Shown: one piece after another, positions 56,752 through 59,259 of the stretch | Layout of the letters: each line of letters starts with the position of its first letter | How positions within the stretch are numbered: position 1 is the stretch's first letter | Translations under genes and position numbers: made by a program | Source: Thermoplasmata archaeon | Lineage (GTDB): Archaea > Thermoplasmatota > Thermoplasmata > UBA10834 | Reading direction: 5' to 3' | DNA: 59,259 nt | Assembly (NCBI GenBank): GCA_025457815.1 | Contig: JALOTQ010000002.1 | Location: 1-59,259 of the forward strand | Notes under the pieces: model-generated | What the model saw: the letters and a program-made list of their open reading frames with translations, nothing else | What the model was told of the DNA's origin: nothing | Database searches by the model: none

Positions 56752-58044
56752 TCATCCAACCTTTTCCCATTTCTCAAGCTTCATCACGCTTGACAGGGTG
56801 CCGCCCTTCCGTATCTCCTCTCTGACCCTGTTCTCCCGCTCCATCACATCCAGGGCGCGGTTCGCCACCTCTACGGCGTGCTCCTGCGGAACCACAACCA
56901 CTCCGCTCTCGTCCCCGATGACCCAATCGCCCGTCCTGACGGTCACACCGCCGCAGACGATCTCATGGCCGATCCCGCCATAGCCCTTGGGCTCCCCAGC
57001 ATTGGAGGATATGTGCCTGCTGAAGCACGGGAAGTCCATCTCAACTATCGAGTCAATATCGCGAGCGGCGCCGTCGATCACGACTCCGACGACCTCCTTG
57101 GTCTTGCAGCTCCACGAAGCCAGCTCGCCCCAGACGGCGATCTCGCCAGCGCAGGCGTCGATGACTATGACATCGCCGGGCCTCGCCCGGTCGATTGCCT
57201 CGACCGGTTTCGCCCAATCCCCGTTCACGGTGTTGACGGTCAGCGCCCGTCCGACCATCTTGACGCCGTGGCGAATCCTGGGGTGGATGCCCTTCATGGC
57301 GCCCTTCTTATGCTGTGCATCGGCGACGTTGCACGACGAGACCTTCGAGAATGCGGCGAACAGCTCCTTGTCCGAGTACTTCTTGAAGAGGTCCGTAGCG
57401 ACAGACTTCCCGGTCGTGATGGCCTTCTTCACCTTGCGCGCAGCCCCGGCCACGTCCTTCGCCTTTATGATGGCCCCGCCCACGATCACTATCGATACGC
57501 CCGCCCTCACCACGTCGGGCGCGGTCTCGCTGTTGATGCCGCCCGCGGCCGCGATCGGTATGCCGACCGCCTTCGAAAGGCCCTTGAGTTCCGACAGAGG
57601 CGTGCCACCGACCATCTGCTCGTCCACGCCAACGTGGACGCAGATGTAGTCCGCACCCATCTTCTCGACTTCTCTCGCCCGGGCCGCCTTGTCCTTGATG
57701 TTGAACAGGTCGACCATCACCTTGGCGCCGTACTGTCTGGCGCTCAGGATGGCCTCGGAGATCGTCGGGTCCGACGACACTCCGAGGATGACGACCACGT
57801 CCGCGCCGGACTTCGCCGCGATCTCAACCTCGGCTCCCCCGACGTCGATGGTCTTCATGTCAGCCACTATCGTGTGCTTCGGGAACGCCTTCTTGAGGTC
57901 GCGGACTATCTGCATCCCCTCGCTCTTGATGAGAGGGGTGCCCGCCTCTATCCAGTCAGCTCCTCCCTTCACGGCGTCGGCCGCAATGTTGAGCGCGCGG
58001 TCCCCGTGGACCAGGTCCAGGGCCACCTGAAGAACGGGTTTCAT
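56752..58044 (-). CDS. 3-hexulose-6-phosphate synthase fused to RraA/MenG-like domain
   Basis: LQVALD, EAGTPLIK.EG, DMKT.D.G, HVGVDEQ; C-terminal NVADA..GDW..WGELA..DGAARD..GDESGVV. Confidence 0.92.
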   Translation of the reverse strand: MKPVLQVALDLVHGDRALNIAADAVKGGADWIEAGTPLIKSEGMQIVRDLKKAFPKHTIVADMKTIDVGGAEVEIAAKSGADVVVILGVSSDPTISEAILSARQYGAKVMVDLFNIKDKAARAREVEKMGADYICVHVGVDEQMVGGTPLSELKGLSKAVGIPIAAAGGINSETAPDVVRAGVSIVIVGGAIIKAKDVAGAARKVKKAITTGKSVATDLFKKYSDKELFAAFSKVSSCNVADAQHKKGAMKGIHPRIRHGVKMVGRALTVNTVNGDWAKPVEAIDRARPGDVIVIDACAGEIAVWGELASWSCKTKEVVGVVIDGAARDIDSIVEMDFPCFSRHISSNAGEPKGYGGIGHEIVCGGVTVRTGDWVIGDESGVVVVPQEHAVEVANRALDVMERENRVREEIRKGGTLSSVMKLEKWEKVG

Positions 58045-58155
58045 CGCCTCGAAGACCTCGTTGCAACATTAAAAACATTGTGCGGGTCCGCACTGACTGG
58101 TTGGCAAACGCTGGAAGAAACAATAATATGATGTCCACGGCATACTCAAGAAGCG

Positions 58156-58905
58156 ATGCCACAGAGGACAGGCGATCGGGAGAGGTGCTCCACCGGCATT
58201 GACGGCCTCGACACGATCCTCTACGGCGGCATACCCAGGGCCAATACCGTGCTTCTGACCGGTAGCTGCGGGACCGGCAAGACCTCCTTGGCTCTGGAGT
58301 TCCTGATACACGGTGCGGTGAAGGGCGAGAACTCGCTGTTCGTCTCCGTCACCGAGAACTCCGAGAAACTGCTTGTCAACATCATACCGTACAAGTTCTT
58401 CGACAAGAACCTCGTGAAGTCCGGGAGGCTCGTGTTCGTCGACCTTCCGGTCATGTACGAGCGCCTTGGCCTGACGAAGGCTGAGCTCAGCATGGAGGAG
58501 GTCGACCTGCTCGTGTCCGCCATCACGAGCCTCGCCAGCGAGCTGCAGACGAAGCGGCTGGTGATAGACTCGATCACATCCGTGTGTTACAAGCTCAAGA
58601 CCTCCGAGAAGATCAGGGACTTCATCCTGAAGCTGGGCAAGTCGCTCTCAGACCTGAACTGCACATCGATACTCGTCGGCGAGGTCGCTGCCGACTCCAC
58701 CTCATACTCCAGCTTCGGCGTCGAGGAGGCAATCGCTGACGGAATCGTCCTGATGGCGAACATGGAGCGCAGGGGAGACCTCCTCAGGACCCTGCAAGTG
58801 ATCAAGATGAGGGGCACGATGCACTCAAGGGCGAAATACGTGCTGGACCTCACGCCGATGGGCGTCCTGTTGGTGCCCCTGCTGAAAGGAGGCAGCACAG
58901 GATGA
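58156..58905 (+). CDS. Single-domain KaiC/RAD55-like ATPase
   Basis: TGIDGLD..GGIP, GSCGTGKT, VIDSI, GVEEAIADG, KMRGTMH. Confidence 0.92.
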   Translation: MPQRTGDRERCSTGIDGLDTILYGGIPRANTVLLTGSCGTGKTSLALEFLIHGAVKGENSLFVSVTENSEKLLVNIIPYKFFDKNLVKSGRLVFVDLPVMYERLGLTKAELSMEEVDLLVSAITSLASELQTKRLVIDSITSVCYKLKTSEKIRDFILKLGKSLSDLNCTSILVGEVAADSTSYSSFGVEEAIADGIVLMANMERRGDLLRTLQVIKMRGTMHSRAKYVLDLTPMGVLLVPLLKGGSTG

Positions 58906-59259
58906 CGCCCGAGATGGTGAGCGCCCAGGAGATTGCGGCCGAACTCGCCCAGACGCCGGCATCGTCGGCGGTCTCGCTCCAGATGAGCGTGGACAACTAC
59001 CTGGACGTGATCAGAGGAGTGCTGGACCTCTACGCGAACAAGAAGGAGATGGACACGATCTACGTGACCGCGACGATCTCATCGGACGCGATCAAGAGGG
59101 TCCTTGAGGCGCTCGACATCGACTCCTCCAGAATCTACTTCGTGGACTGCATCTCGCACATAATGATGGGCGCCTCGACCACGCTCCAGGACGACCGCAC
59201 GACCCTCGTCGAGAGCCCGACCATGCTAGAGAACATCATGCTCAAGGTGGAGTACCTCA
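58902..59259 (+). CDS. KaiC-associated inactive RecA-fold protein (truncated at window end)
   Basis: ATGA-coupled; open to the window edge; MTPEMVSAQE..TIYVT..IYFVDCIS..VESPTMLENI. Confidence 0.75.
   Translation, partial: MTPEMVSAQEIAAELAQTPASSAVSLQMSVDNYLDVIRGVLDLYANKKEMDTIYVTATISSDAIKRVLEALDIDSSRIYFVDCISHIMMGASTTLQDDRTTLVESPTMLENIMLKVEYL

Noticed and set aside
56752..58044. Hps-RraA fusion as a novelty
   Set aside because: A known fusion family in methanogens and Archaeoglobi

Overview
GC-rich archaeal chromosomal window. It is most consistent with Thermoplasmatota (Methanomassiliicoccales-related or uncultured Thermoplasmata); this is inferred from gene content, not from a search. It is mostly core genome around a replication origin. 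Information-processing genes: gar1-tfb, endA, DNA polymerase D small subunit, cdc6/orc1 with an ORB-flanked oriC, hflX, tiaS, ftsY-pfdA-rpl18a and priS. Housekeeping genes: hsp20-cdc48, a complete A-type ATP synthase operon (H-I-K-E-C-F-A-B-D), sec11, an ECF transporter, htpX and an hps-rraA fusion. The most unusual locus (8.9-16.5 kb) has a ~1160-aa type IV pilin/FG-GAP beta-propeller fusion, transcribed divergently from a wHTH-STAND protein with a dead Walker A, next to a V4R-KaiC-DUF835-cobO operon and cyaB. Other notable items: an APC transporter paired with a pyrrolysine-free MttB methyltransferase, each with a structured leader; a membrane-anchored wHTH regulator followed by a tiny secreted His/Cys-rich protein; a bacterial-type class I GAPDH; an ECF ATPase pair with one degenerate composite ATP site; and two small proteins missed by the ORF track (a 53-aa 4-Cys protein and a 36-aa membrane peptide after atpD). 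No rRNA, tRNA, CRISPR array or mobile element was recognised. Start codons were adjusted by eye where the ORF track over-extends.
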